Shown here one piece after another: positions 42,304-52,193 of a stretch of 64,000 nucleotides of DNA. The position numbers and the translations under genes were made by a program. The notes under the pieces are model-generated. The model was not told the origin of the DNA. It ran no database searches and saw only the letters and a program-made list of their open reading frames with translations. The stretch spans positions 576,001-640,000 of the forward strand of contig CBDCCI010000002.1 in NCBI GenBank assembly GCA_965214705.1. The letters are read 5' to 3'. The DNA comes from Alphaproteobacteria bacterium (lineage in GTDB: Bacteria; Pseudomonadota; Alphaproteobacteria; UBA828). The number at the start of each line of letters is the position of its first letter. Positions within the stretch are counted from its first letter, which is position 1.

Positions 42304-43500
42304 TCAGGCGATCCTGGCGCCCGTCGGCACGAGACCGGTTTCAGAGAACCGCCACAAGGCGATGAGCAGCTTCCGGGCAAGTGCTACAACCATCACTCGA
42401 CGGATGCGCCCGCGCCCGCCAGCAGTGCGCTTTTCGAACCACTCGCTAAGTGCACTATCGGGCTGATGGCGCAGCCAGCGCCACGCCATTTCGATGAGTT
42501 GAGATCGGACCCAGCCAGGGCCATCTCGGCCGATCCCTTGGTCTCGGTGCGTGTCACCGCTCGCCCACGGGGTTGGCGCCAGGCCGACCCAGCTCGCGAG
42601 TTCGCGGCGGTTTCGGAAGTCGCGATAGAAAATCTCATTGGTGAGCAGGGTCGCATCGTTTTTGCCGATCCCCTTGAGCCGGGCCAGCGTTGCGATCTTC
42701 GCCGCCGCCTGTTTATCGCTCCCCTCCGAGACATCCGTGATCGGGAGGTCGGCTCCCGACCGTGCGACCGCGTCGCGCTCGGCCTCGACATCTGCGAGCT
42801 GTCGTTCCACCAAGGACAACCTCTCCTTGAGCCGCTCGATCTCCTTACGCGCCCGCGGCGGGAACGGTGAGCCGTACGCGGTCACCACTTCCGCGAACTC
42901 CTCCTCGAACTCCTTGGCTCGGGGGGCCAGGTCGAAGACCCCTTGCAGCTTGAGCAGCCCTTTGATCGAGTTCGTCAGTGAGGTCCGCTCTTTCACCAGC
43001 CGCCGACGCTCACGAAGCAGGCGCTTGCGGTCCTCTTCCTCCACGCTCGGCACCCGCACCCGGCTCAGCACTGCAGCGTCGCCTCGGTCGTGCGCCAGTA
43101 GCGCGCGCACCATCTTCTTCGCATCGATCCGATCCGTCTTGCGCTGCTTCGCTTTTCGGTTCACCAGCAGACTCGCCGGATCGAGCACCACTGTCTCAAT
43201 GGACATCTCCTGATCTAACCAGCGCACAAGCCAGAAGCCCTGGTAGCCCGCCTCGTAGCAACACAGAACACGCACCTCTCGGCCGAGAGCCTGTTCAGCC
43301 TTGGCTCGCTGCTTCTCGATCAATTCCTTGAGCCCTTCGACCGTCGCCGCGTCCACTGGCCCCAGTGAATGCAGCCCGATCCGATCACTGGCAGGGCTCT
43401 TCACTCCCACCACCCAGCTCTTTCCGCTGATCTCGATGGCAACGTACAGCGTGCTATGCTCTGCGTTGACCGGCGCGGCGGTCTCGTTCGTTGGGGACAT
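42304..43500 (-). CDS. IS110-family recombinase/transposase
   Basis: AIEIS, YEAG, KTDRIDA, LKGIG, WVGLAPTPWASG, VALARKL. Confidence 0.93.
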   Translation of the reverse strand: MSPTNETAAPVNAEHSTLYVAIEISGKSWVVGVKSPASDRIGLHSLGPVDAATVEGLKELIEKQRAKAEQALGREVRVLCCYEAGYQGFWLVRWLDQEMSIETVVLDPASLLVNRKAKQRKTDRIDAKKMVRALLAHDRGDAAVLSRVRVPSVEEEDRKRLLRERRRLVKERTSLTNSIKGLLKLQGVFDLAPRAKEFEEEFAEVVTAYGSPFPPRARKEIERLKERLSLVERQLADVEAERDAVARSGADLPITDVSEGSDKQAAAKIATLARLKGIGKNDATLLTNEIFYRDFRNRRELASWVGLAPTPWASGDTHRDQGIGRDGPGWVRSQLIEMAWRWLRHQPDSALSEWFEKRTAGGRGRIRRVMVVALARKLLIALWRFSETGLVPTGARIA

Positions 43501-46150
43501 CTCTTGTCTCCTGATGAGGTCTAGCGAGAACGGCACCGTAGTGCCGGTCTCCGAGTCGGCCCCATAGGATCTGAACTACAAGCCAGGGGCGTGATCTCGT
43601 TAGGCCGTGATCATCGGTGGCGTGCCCAGCACCGACGCCTTGCGCCGTCCTCCGCTCCAGCACCACGTCCAATCCACTCCGGCAACGCGCCTTCCGATCC
43701 TCTGATCGCCTCGCCAGCGACCTTCACCAGGAAGCCGATAGTGGCAGATGTGCTACCTGACGAAGACCCAGCCGCGTCGGAAGTCGAACTCGATCCGCAT
43801 GCGTTGCTCCGCTACTACAAATCCGCGCTCTTGTACGACCCGCGAGGGGCTCTGACTCAGACCGGTGACCGCCATGGCGAGACCTTCCAGCTTCTTGCCG
43901 GCGAGGGAAACCTGTTTCCGGCAAGCGACGAGGAAGTCATTGTACGAATTCGGGCCGACGATCTACCGGATGCCTTCCGCGAGGCCATGATCCGGCGCGA
44001 TGACGAGGAGAATGGAGTCGCTTTGGGGTGGCCGCTGGATCTGGGGCGTCAATCTGGCGCGCCGGCCATCCGACCGGTCGGGCTTCTCGCTGCTGTGTGG
44101 ACCCGGAACGAAGACTTCATCGAACTGCGAGTTGACGCGGACGATGTCCTCGTGAATCCCGATTGGGTGCAGAGTACGGCGCGAGTCACCGCGTGGACAC
44201 GGAACGACCTTCAGGACCTATTCCGCGGGAATGGAGGATCAGGGCTGCCGGGAGAGGAGTTTCTCGGGCGACTTCGTGAGGCGGGAGCGCGCGCCGTCAG
44301 GGGGAGCCTCACGGGCAACTGCTTCGCGGCCATGATCGACCCTGGCAACACAGGAATTCACGACGCGGTCGCTTTGTTCCTGTCATTGGGTTCCGTATTC
44401 ACCGCAGGAGCGGTACGCGATCTTGATGCCATTGCCACTTGGCCGTCTGAGGACCTCTCCCGCACCGCCCTCGCACCGCTCGTTGGTTTGCCCCATCATG
44501 CAGCGGTCAATGAAGTTCCACCGGTCAATGTTGGTCCGCTCAACATGGAGCAGATCGAGGCAACCGCCCTAGCAATGCGCGCTCCTCTTTCGGTGGTAAC
44601 GGGGCCGCCCGGCACCGGAAAAAGCCAGGTGATCGTAGCTATTGCAACGACCGCACTTTGGGCGGGGCAAACAGTAATCATCGCGTCCAAGAACCATCAA
44701 GGAAACGTGTAGCTGAGATACGCGCTAATCTGGCGGCTCTTGGACCTATAAAGAATCCAGTTACGTCAACTCAAGAAATTGCGTCGTTGGCCCGGCAATT
44801 AGTCGGCCAACGTGTCACTGCGCTGAGTACTCCCGACGAAGGAACGCGCGTGGCGCTCTCCAACGCCCACGATGACCTTCAGCTGCGCGGCCACAACACG
44901 GTAGACCGCGAGTTGGCCAAGAGCGTGCTGCTGCATCGACCGCTCTGGCTCGCCTCTGTCCTCGGATCGCCGAGACGAATCCCATTGGAAGGCGGATTGT
45001 TCGATCTGGCAATTTTCGATGAGGCGAGCCAATGCGACATTGGGTCTGCGTTGCCGGTACTCGCCCGAGCGCGTCGCGCTGTCGTCGTAGGAGACGATAG
45101 GCAACTCTCCTTCATCCCTCAGTTGGGGATCGCACAAGACCGAAATCTAATGGCGGCGCAGCAGCTACCCCAGAGCGGGATGGGGCGGTTCGCGCAGAGT
45201 CGCAAGAGTCTTTTTGATCTGGCTCGGTCCACGCCGGACGTTCCCGCGGTAATGTTACGTGACCAATACCGCTCCGCAACCGATATCGTTGCCTACATTA
45301 ACCAAGATTTCTACGGCGGTAGGCTTCGTGTTGCCGCCAACCAAGACGAAATGCGCGTACCGACAACTTCACGTCCCGGCCTCCACTGGACGCACGTGCC
45401 GCCAGCACCCCAGTTGGATCATGGCTGCGGCAATGTGAGCACTGCGGAAACGCGCGCCATCGTCACGCACTTGGAGGAACTTCTTCTCAAGCAAGATTAC
45501 GATGGTAGTGTCGGTGTGGTATCCCCATTTCGCCCGCAGGTAGCAGCTCTAGCCGAGGCTATTACCGCGTGCATCCCTGGGCATCGCCGACTCGCCGCAA
45601 ACTTGCGTGTGGGCACGGTTGACGCATTCCAGGGTCAAGAACGGGACATAATCTTGTTCTCGCCGGTCGTTCACAACCTAATAGCGCCGAGCGCGATCGC
45701 CTTCCTTCAAAAAGACTGGCGGCGCTTTAACGTGGCGATTAGCCGGGCGCGCGCGGTTGCCCATGTATTCGGCGACCTGGAGTTTGCCCGCAGAGGAGCC
45801 GTGCGGCGGTTGCGAAGCCTCGCAGCTCGCGCCACCGAGCCGCGCCAAGCACCGGCGGAAGGCGTCTTCGACAGCACTTGGGAACGTCGAGTATACGAAG
45901 CTCTGCGTACGCGCGGCTTGGATCCCAAACCGCAATACGAGATCGCGGGTCGCCGGCTTGATTTCGCCGTGTTCGGTGCAGGCAGCACAAAACTTGACAT
46001 CGAAGTCGACGGTCGCCGCTGGCACCAGGACATCGACGGTAACCGAAAATTAGATGACCATTGGCGGGATCACCAGCTGCGTTCTCTCGGCTGGAAGGTT
46101 CGTCGCTTCTGGGTAGATGAGCTGGACATGGACTTGGAGAGTTGTCTTGA

Positions 46151-48310
46151 CCCAAGTTGGCACTTTTCCGCTGCCTGTGTTCCCTATTGGTTTGATTCAA
46201 CGCGATATTTTTCTCGGTCGATTCCAACATGGCCCCACATTTTGTGAGATTCTGTCAGCTCATCAGACGGGTCCTCGTGCGGTGGATGGCGGGGTCCACG
46301 CCCGCCGCCGAGGAGATTGCGGCAACCTCGGCGGCCGGGCGCGTGTCCTGGCGGTTGACGATCAAGGTGCCGTCGGTCTGGCGCAGGCGCGTGGTGATCC
46401 GCACCCAGGTCCGCATGCTCTCGCGGATCGACGCCCAGCACTTGTGGATGCCGCGCGCGGCCAGCCGGGTACGGATCAGATGCACGGCGTGGTAGGCCAG
46501 CACGGCGATCAGCAGGTGGGCCGCGATGCGCCGGTCGAGCTGGTGCCAGATCGGGCGAAGGCCGAGCTCGGATTTCAGGCTCCGGAATGTCGCCTCGATA
46601 TCCGTGATCCGCCAGTACGTCCGCAGGACCGTCTCGATGTCCCAGTCGACGTGGCTGGTGCGCAGCACATAGGCACCGGCGCCCTCATCGGCCTCGTCGT
46701 ATCGCGGCCTGCGCTTGAAGCGCACGGCGGTGGCATTGGGGCCGGTTTTCGCCCTCTCGACCGTGATCTCGTAGTGCCTGGCGACGGCGGAGAAGCGCTG
46801 CTTGAGGCGGCCTATGCTCTCCAGCACCTTGTCGTAGCGCTTGAGGCGGCCCTTGACCGGGAGGCCGCCGTGGAGCCTTTCCAGCGCCGCCTCGAAGCGG
46901 TTCCGCCTCAGGCCGATGATCGCGTTCTCGGCCTTCTTCTTGCCCTCGCTGACGACGTAGAGCCGCGCCTCGCCGTCCTCGCTGGCAAGCCGCCAGGCCC
47001 GCACCTCGTGGCGCGCGCTGGTGATCAGCAGGGCCTCGGGTCCGCCCTCGGGCGGCGCAGGCCTGGCACCGCGGCTGACCGCGATCCAGTCGTAGCCCTG
47101 CTCGCCCAGCCACGCGATGTTTTTCTCGGTGGCGATGCCCGCGTCCATGACCACCGTGGGCTTCGGCGCCGTGCCGCCGCACACCGCCTCGAGCCGCGCC
47201 AGCGCCTCGTGCAGCGTGCCCGGCTCGCTCACGTTGCCCGGCAGGATCTCGCAACTGCGCGGGAAGCCCGCGCCGTCGAGCGCCAGCGCCAGCGTGATGA
47301 GGGGACAGTCGTCGCGCTTCTGCTTGGAGCGCCCGAACCTGGGAAGCTCGCCGCCCGTGTGGCCGTGGTAGTGGACGTTGGTGAGATCGTAGAAGGCGAT
47401 CGTCTCGGGCAGGTCGAGCAGTGCGCGCTCACGGTTGAACAGCTCCCGCTGGATGGCGGCGCGGTGGCGCCAGAGCAGGTCGCCGATGCGGTAGAGCGTC
47501 TTGCGCCGCAGCGCCTTGCGGTCGCCCTCCAGGCCCAGGAGCTCGGCGGCCGCGCTGTCGTGGCGGAGCCAGCGGCTGGTATCACGCTCGCTGGCGGGAT
47601 GGACCATCCTGGCGACGATCAGCGCGCTGGCGATGCGCCCGTCGCGGCCCTTGATGTCGAGGCCGTGGAGGATTTCGGCGAAGCCGAGGGCGTCGAGGGC
47701 CTTGAGGCACAGGCGCTCGCAGCCGACCGTGCGCGGGTTCTCGTGCTCCAGGGTATCGAGGTCGACGGTGGCGATGTCGGGCTTGCGCGCCTCTTCCTGC
47801 ATCGCCTCGACGCGGAACCCCCTGGCCCTGAGCTTGGCGACGATGTCCTCGGCTGCGGCCCGCACATCCGCCTCGCCCTCGAACAGCGGCGGCTTGCCGT
47901 GAAGCAGCGCCTCGGCGAGTTCGGTGACGGCCTTCCACTTCTCGCGCGGCACCGGATAGTCGGTGCCGAGATTGAGCAGCGTCCTGTGGCGCACCTTGTC
48001 GCCGACGCGCTGGGCGAGCACGAGGCGATGGCTTCGGACCGGCTGGCCGGCCTTGTCGGTGTGTGTCCTGGTTGCCTTGATGTACATGGCGGCGCCGTTT
48101 CTGCGATGCCTGTTTCGCATACACGGCGTTCGCGGCATCTGGCAAGAGGGATATCGACTCAACTCCAAAGTCCTGGCCCCACAATTGGCTTCCAGGACCA
48201 CGAATGGCAAATGTGGGTCTCAGGTGTCCTCCAACCCCAACATCTAGTGGTTCAGCGCCGCAAAACTGGCTCGAACAGGCTCGGCTGGTCGGAAAAAGTG
48301 CCAACTTGGG
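46151..48310 (-). mobile_element. IS1634-family element, copy B (2160 bp)
   Basis: TIR CCCAAGTTGGCACTTTT/AAAAGTGCCAACTTGGG; 4-bp TSD TTGA. Confidence 0.93.
46255..48087 (-). CDS. IS1634 DDE transposase
   Basis: Near-identical core to 33117..34946. Confidence 0.93.
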   Translation of the reverse strand: MYIKATRTHTDKAGQPVRSHRLVLAQRVGDKVRHRTLLNLGTDYPVPREKWKAVTELAEALLHGKPPLFEGEADVRAAAEDIVAKLRARGFRVEAMQEEARKPDIATVDLDTLEHENPRTVGCERLCLKALDALGFAEILHGLDIKGRDGRIASALIVARMVHPASERDTSRWLRHDSAAAELLGLEGDRKALRRKTLYRIGDLLWRHRAAIQRELFNRERALLDLPETIAFYDLTNVHYHGHTGGELPRFGRSKQKRDDCPLITLALALDGAGFPRSCEILPGNVSEPGTLHEALARLEAVCGGTAPKPTVVMDAGIATEKNIAWLGEQGYDWIAVSRGARPAPPEGGPEALLITSARHEVRAWRLASEDGEARLYVVSEGKKKAENAIIGLRRNRFEAALERLHGGLPVKGRLKRYDKVLESIGRLKQRFSAVARHYEITVERAKTGPNATAVRFKRRPRYDEADEGAGAYVLRTSHVDWDIETVLRTYWRITDIEATFRSLKSELGLRPIWHQLDRRIAAHLLIAVLAYHAVHLIRTRLAARGIHKCWASIRESMRTWVRITTRLRQTDGTLIVNRQDTRPAAEVAAISSAAGVDPAIHRTRTRLMS

Positions 48311-50128
48311 TTGACGTCATCGAACGAGACCTTTCGTAAGTCCCGGGCGTACACTTGGACCGCAGGTCTCGCTGCGTTGGCGACGATCAGCCTGTTGGGC
48401 GTTCTTGTCTGGAAGGTGAATGAACTCGAAGGCGAATTTGGCGCCATTCGAGATGATCGTGCCCGCATAGAGGAGGCTTTGACCGCGGGCCGGTCTGAGA
48501 TTGCCGAGCTTGCGGACCGTCGCGATACTCTTCAAACAGAACTTACGGAGTTGGGGGGCGAGGTGCGCCTCGCCCGGGCCGCGCGCACCGAACTCGGCAG
48601 CTTGGAAATCGCGGTGGAGGATGCGAGGAAGAAGCTCTCGGAGCTACGGGCCGAGCAACAGGACATCCAGGACAGTCTCGCAACACGTGAGCGGATCCAG
48701 GCCGACCTCTCGTCGACGCGAGACGCTCTTCTGACTGCTGAGACTCAACGCGACGCACTCCTTTCAGAAATCGAGGAGATTGAGGATCGCCTCGCGAAAG
48801 CGGAACAATCTGCCACGGCTGTTGAGAAGGCGCGTGATGATCTGGTTTCGCAACGTGATCGTCTGACGGCTGATCGAGATCAGTTGCAAGCAGAGTTGAG
48901 CAGTCTAGAAAGGGAGCGGCGCCGTCTCGAAGGCATAGAGCAGGAACTCACAAGCGCCCGCACCACACTTGCGGGTGTGAACTCGGAAGCCAAGGCCACC
49001 GAGGCCCGGCGGGCAGGGGCAGAGGAACAGCTCAGCGGCATCCTCGCAGACATTCAAGCCGCCCAAGCAGAAAAGGATGCGATCGCCACCGATATTGGGA
49101 CAACCACCGAACGCCGCGCCGCACTGGCGGAGGAAGTCGCTTCGCTCATTGCACGTCGGGACGATCTGCAGACAGGCGTGGCGGCCCTTGAGGGACGACT
49201 GCGCGAGGCAGATAGTCTCCAGGGCCGACTCGACGCCAAGCGGCAGTTGGTGAGACAAACCGATACCGAACTGCAGGCTCTCAGGGGTGAGATAGCAGCC
49301 GAGCTGGAACGGTTAGACGAGGTACGTCAGGCCCGAATTGTCACCGAGGCTCGAACCGCGGAACGGCGGACCAAGTTGGAGGCGCTGGAGAAGAATCTGG
49401 GGGAGACCGAGTCTCAACAAACGGATGCCGCAGCCCAGCTTGGACGCATCCAAGCCGAAGCTGACACTTTACAAGAGCGCAAAGATGCACTGCTGATCGA
49501 GATACGCGACCTCGCCGCCAAGCAGGCAGCGGGACAGCAGGCCCTTGAGGAAGCACGCGTCGCACGCGCTTCCCTCGAGGGGGAGTCAGCGCAGCGATCC
49601 ACGGAACTGTTAAGTCTGCGGCGTCGGATTGAAGAAGAAGAGAATCGTATCAAGGATCTCCAGACGCAAGTAGCTGCAATACGAGCAGACCTCTCGGTTC
49701 TCGAAGAGCTGCGGAACGACATCGAAGCCAAGCGCGTTGCGGCTCGGGAAGATTTGAACCGGGCCGAGAGAGATATCGCGGCAACTCGTGCCGAGGCGGC
49801 CGAGGAACACGCGGCAGTTGAACGACTGGAAAGGCGCAACACCGAGCTGCAAATACTGATTACCGCATTGGAAACACGGCAGAATATACTCCAAGAGACA
49901 CTCAAGGAAATGGAGCGAACCGCAACCGAGTCCCGAGAGTTGCTCCGCATGCTTGATCAACAGATCCGCGAGAAACGCGAAGCCCTCGACTCAATCGAGG
50001 ATCAACGTACAGCCGTGAATGGCGAGCGGCCGGCCACCGAAACTAAGCCATCACTTAGCCCCGACGACGACGGCGCAGACGGCTCTGCCGCTGGTCGTCC
50101 GCCCACCAGCGTAGGATCCTCTGACTAA
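48311..50128 (+). CDS. Long coiled-coil protein with N-terminal TM helix (CnuA-like)
   Basis: AGLAALATISLLGVLVW followed by roughly 540 aa of heptad-rich E/L/A/R sequence; TAATG coupling to the next gene. Confidence 0.8.
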   Translation: MTSSNETFRKSRAYTWTAGLAALATISLLGVLVWKVNELEGEFGAIRDDRARIEEALTAGRSEIAELADRRDTLQTELTELGGEVRLARAARTELGSLEIAVEDARKKLSELRAEQQDIQDSLATRERIQADLSSTRDALLTAETQRDALLSEIEEIEDRLAKAEQSATAVEKARDDLVSQRDRLTADRDQLQAELSSLERERRRLEGIEQELTSARTTLAGVNSEAKATEARRAGAEEQLSGILADIQAAQAEKDAIATDIGTTTERRAALAEEVASLIARRDDLQTGVAALEGRLREADSLQGRLDAKRQLVRQTDTELQALRGEIAAELERLDEVRQARIVTEARTAERRTKLEALEKNLGETESQQTDAAAQLGRIQAEADTLQERKDALLIEIRDLAAKQAAGQQALEEARVARASLEGESAQRSTELLSLRRRIEEEENRIKDLQTQVAAIRADLSVLEELRNDIEAKRVAAREDLNRAERDIAATRAEAAEEHAAVERLERRNTELQILITALETRQNILQETLKEMERTATESRELLRMLDQQIREKREALDSIEDQRTAVNGERPATETKPSLSPDDDGADGSAAGRPPTSVGSSD

Positions 50129-52191
50129 TGGACCCTCTCGTTCTCACAGTTCTCATTGCCGCATTCGGACTTGCTACGCTCGTCTTCGTCACAGTGCTCG
50201 TGGCGGCTCGCGCGGATCATCAGGTCACGATCCGCGGGCCAATGGCCACGCTTGAAGAGCTCGACCGTCAAATCGATACAAAGCGCGGAACGCTCGTCGA
50301 TCTTGACAACGATCTTAAGCAGCGACGTGAAGCTCTCGCCGACGTGGCCGGCATACAGGCTGAGGTAGACGCTCTAGTCCGCCAGCGAGACGAATTGCTC
50401 ATAGAGCACCAGCAGTTAGAAAACCGGCGCCAAGAAGTCCATGCAGTCCGCGAAGAAACTGAAGAGGCCACTGCACGATATGCGGACGCGACGCGGAACC
50501 TCGCAGAAAAGGTGGCCGAACTTGAGCATGTTCAAACAGAACTTGCTCAGGCTCGCCGCCTTGTTGACGAGATCGACGAATTGACGGAGCACCACAAGGC
50601 TCTTTCGGACAAGACCACGAAACTCCGAAGCGAGGTAGCCGAATTGGAAGATCTCCTCCGACAACAGGAGTCCCTCCGCGGTCGCATGCTGGAATTGGAA
50701 CGGGATATGGTCCGACTCGACGCGGATATTGAGACACGCCGAGCTCAACGGGAGGTTGCCGAAGCCGAAGCACAATCTGCAGAACAAAGGCTTGGCGCAC
50801 TGCGGACGGATCTCGTTGAGGTCGCCGCTGCTTCGGCGGTCGCAAGCCAAGAAGCCCGAGAGTTGGAGGGCAAAATTGATGAGTTGCAGAAGCAGAGGAC
50901 CGAGTTGGATGCACGCGTGGTACAATTGGACGCAGAAATCCAAGAAAAGCAAAAGAAACGCGTGCAACTTGGGGCGACGACGAAAGGTGACGATGACAAC
51001 AAACTAGCGGAGCTTACACGACCCCCGCAGTGTCTCGTTGCAGCCAAGAAGAGTGGATGGACAAAGCCGTTAGGCATAAGGAGCGAGAGAGATTTACTGA
51101 GCGCGGTGGAGGAATCACTGAAGCAGGCGGGACTGACATTCGGACAACGCACGATCTACGCCTTTCATACGGCGCTCAAGGTGGCAGACGTATCACCGAT
51201 GACCGTTTTGGCGGGAATCAGCGGTACCGGAAAGAGCCAGCTTCCCCGCGCTTATGCGGCCGCCATGGGAATCCACTTCCTCCAAGTTCCAGTACAGCCG
51301 AGGTGGGACAGTCCGCAGGATTTGATGGGCTTCTATAACTTCGTCGACAAGCGATACCGGGCAACAGATCTTGCTCGTCTACTCGCGCACCTAGACTCCG
51401 AGAATTGGCCCAGTATAGCCGGCGAGTGGCAAGACCGAATGGCGCTGGTGCTGCTGGACGAAATGAATTTAGCCCGAACAGAGTATTACTTCTCTGACTT
51501 CCTGAGTCGATTGGAAATGCGCCCGCATCGCAATGAGAACAGCGATCTTGCACGACGCGCTGACGCAGAGATCGAACTCGATATTCCCGTAGAAGGCAAC
51601 GGCTCATCCCGACGAATCTACGTCGGCTATCGTGTCCTCTTCGCGGGCACAATGAACGAGGACGAGAGTACACAGACCCTCTCAGACAAGGTGCTCGACC
51701 GCTCAAACGTTCTGCGTTTCACCCGGCCGGAAAAGCTGGTGTTTGATGGTGACGGCACGCATGATAACGACCCGGCAAGCGGATATCTCGACGCCGCTCA
51801 GTGGGACCGATGGATTGACGATTCCGGGCAGCACGTCGACAAGGAACGTATCGAGACAGCGATTGAAAATCTGAACCGTATATTGGGAAGGGCACAGCGC
51901 GGATTCGGGCACCGAATGGCGCAGGCAATTGAACGCTATGCACGGCAGTACCCCAACGCCGACGACTGGCGACTTGCGATAGCAGATCAGGTCGAAATGC
52001 GCGTGTTGCCTAAGCTGCGCGGGGTGGACCTCGCGGATCCGGCGACCGAGAGCGCGCTGAAGGAGCTCATGCAGTACACCACCCAAGAGCTTCAGGATCA
52101 TGATTTGGGGGAAGCCATCGGACGCGATGTTTCCGCTGGTGAAGAGCGGGGCCTGTTTGCCTGGGGTGGGCTCGACCGCCAAGGGCACTGA
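50128..52191 (+). CDS. McrB-family AAA+ GTPase with N-terminal TM and coiled coil (CnuB-like)
   Basis: GISGTGKS, VPVQPRWDSPQDLMGFYN, LLDEMNLARTEYYFSDFLS, GTMNEDEST (NxD), SDKVLDRS. Confidence 0.88.
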   Translation: MDPLVLTVLIAAFGLATLVFVTVLVAARADHQVTIRGPMATLEELDRQIDTKRGTLVDLDNDLKQRREALADVAGIQAEVDALVRQRDELLIEHQQLENRRQEVHAVREETEEATARYADATRNLAEKVAELEHVQTELAQARRLVDEIDELTEHHKALSDKTTKLRSEVAELEDLLRQQESLRGRMLELERDMVRLDADIETRRAQREVAEAEAQSAEQRLGALRTDLVEVAAASAVASQEARELEGKIDELQKQRTELDARVVQLDAEIQEKQKKRVQLGATTKGDDDNKLAELTRPPQCLVAAKKSGWTKPLGIRSERDLLSAVEESLKQAGLTFGQRTIYAFHTALKVADVSPMTVLAGISGTGKSQLPRAYAAAMGIHFLQVPVQPRWDSPQDLMGFYNFVDKRYRATDLARLLAHLDSENWPSIAGEWQDRMALVLLDEMNLARTEYYFSDFLSRLEMRPHRNENSDLARRADAEIELDIPVEGNGSSRRIYVGYRVLFAGTMNEDESTQTLSDKVLDRSNVLRFTRPEKLVFDGDGTHDNDPASGYLDAAQWDRWIDDSGQHVDKERIETAIENLNRILGRAQRGFGHRMAQAIERYARQYPNADDWRLAIADQVEMRVLPKLRGVDLADPATESALKELMQYTTQELQDHDLGEAIGRDVSAGEERGLFAWGGLDRQGH

Positions 52192-52193
52192 GG

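Larger units (their letters stand above)
41968..43570 (-). mobile_element. IS110/IS1111-family element 1 (1603 bp)
   Basis: CT core at 41966-67 and 43571-72; subterminal IR TATGGGGC/GCCCCATA; host frame restored on removal. Confidence 0.88.
41845..48339 (+). pseudogene. SF1 (UPF1/DNA2-like) helicase with C-terminal Vsr/DUF559-like nuclease; split by IS110, an internal break near 44700 and IS1634
   Basis: N-term rejoins RELA/ELQARGVI; GPPGTGKSQ, FDEASQC, VVGDDRQL, QYRS, GTVDAFQGQERD, RFNVAISRAR, DIEVDGRRWH; C-term rejoins ESCLD/VIERDLS*. Confidence 0.88.

Noticed and set aside
32891-48310. Inverted IS1634 pair as composite transposon or inversion
   Set aside because: Separate TSDs (ACGA, TTGA), and both host genes rejoin in frame.
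48311-50128. SMC/Wadjet protein
   Set aside because: No Walker motifs or hinge; it has an N-terminal TM and McrBC-like neighbours.
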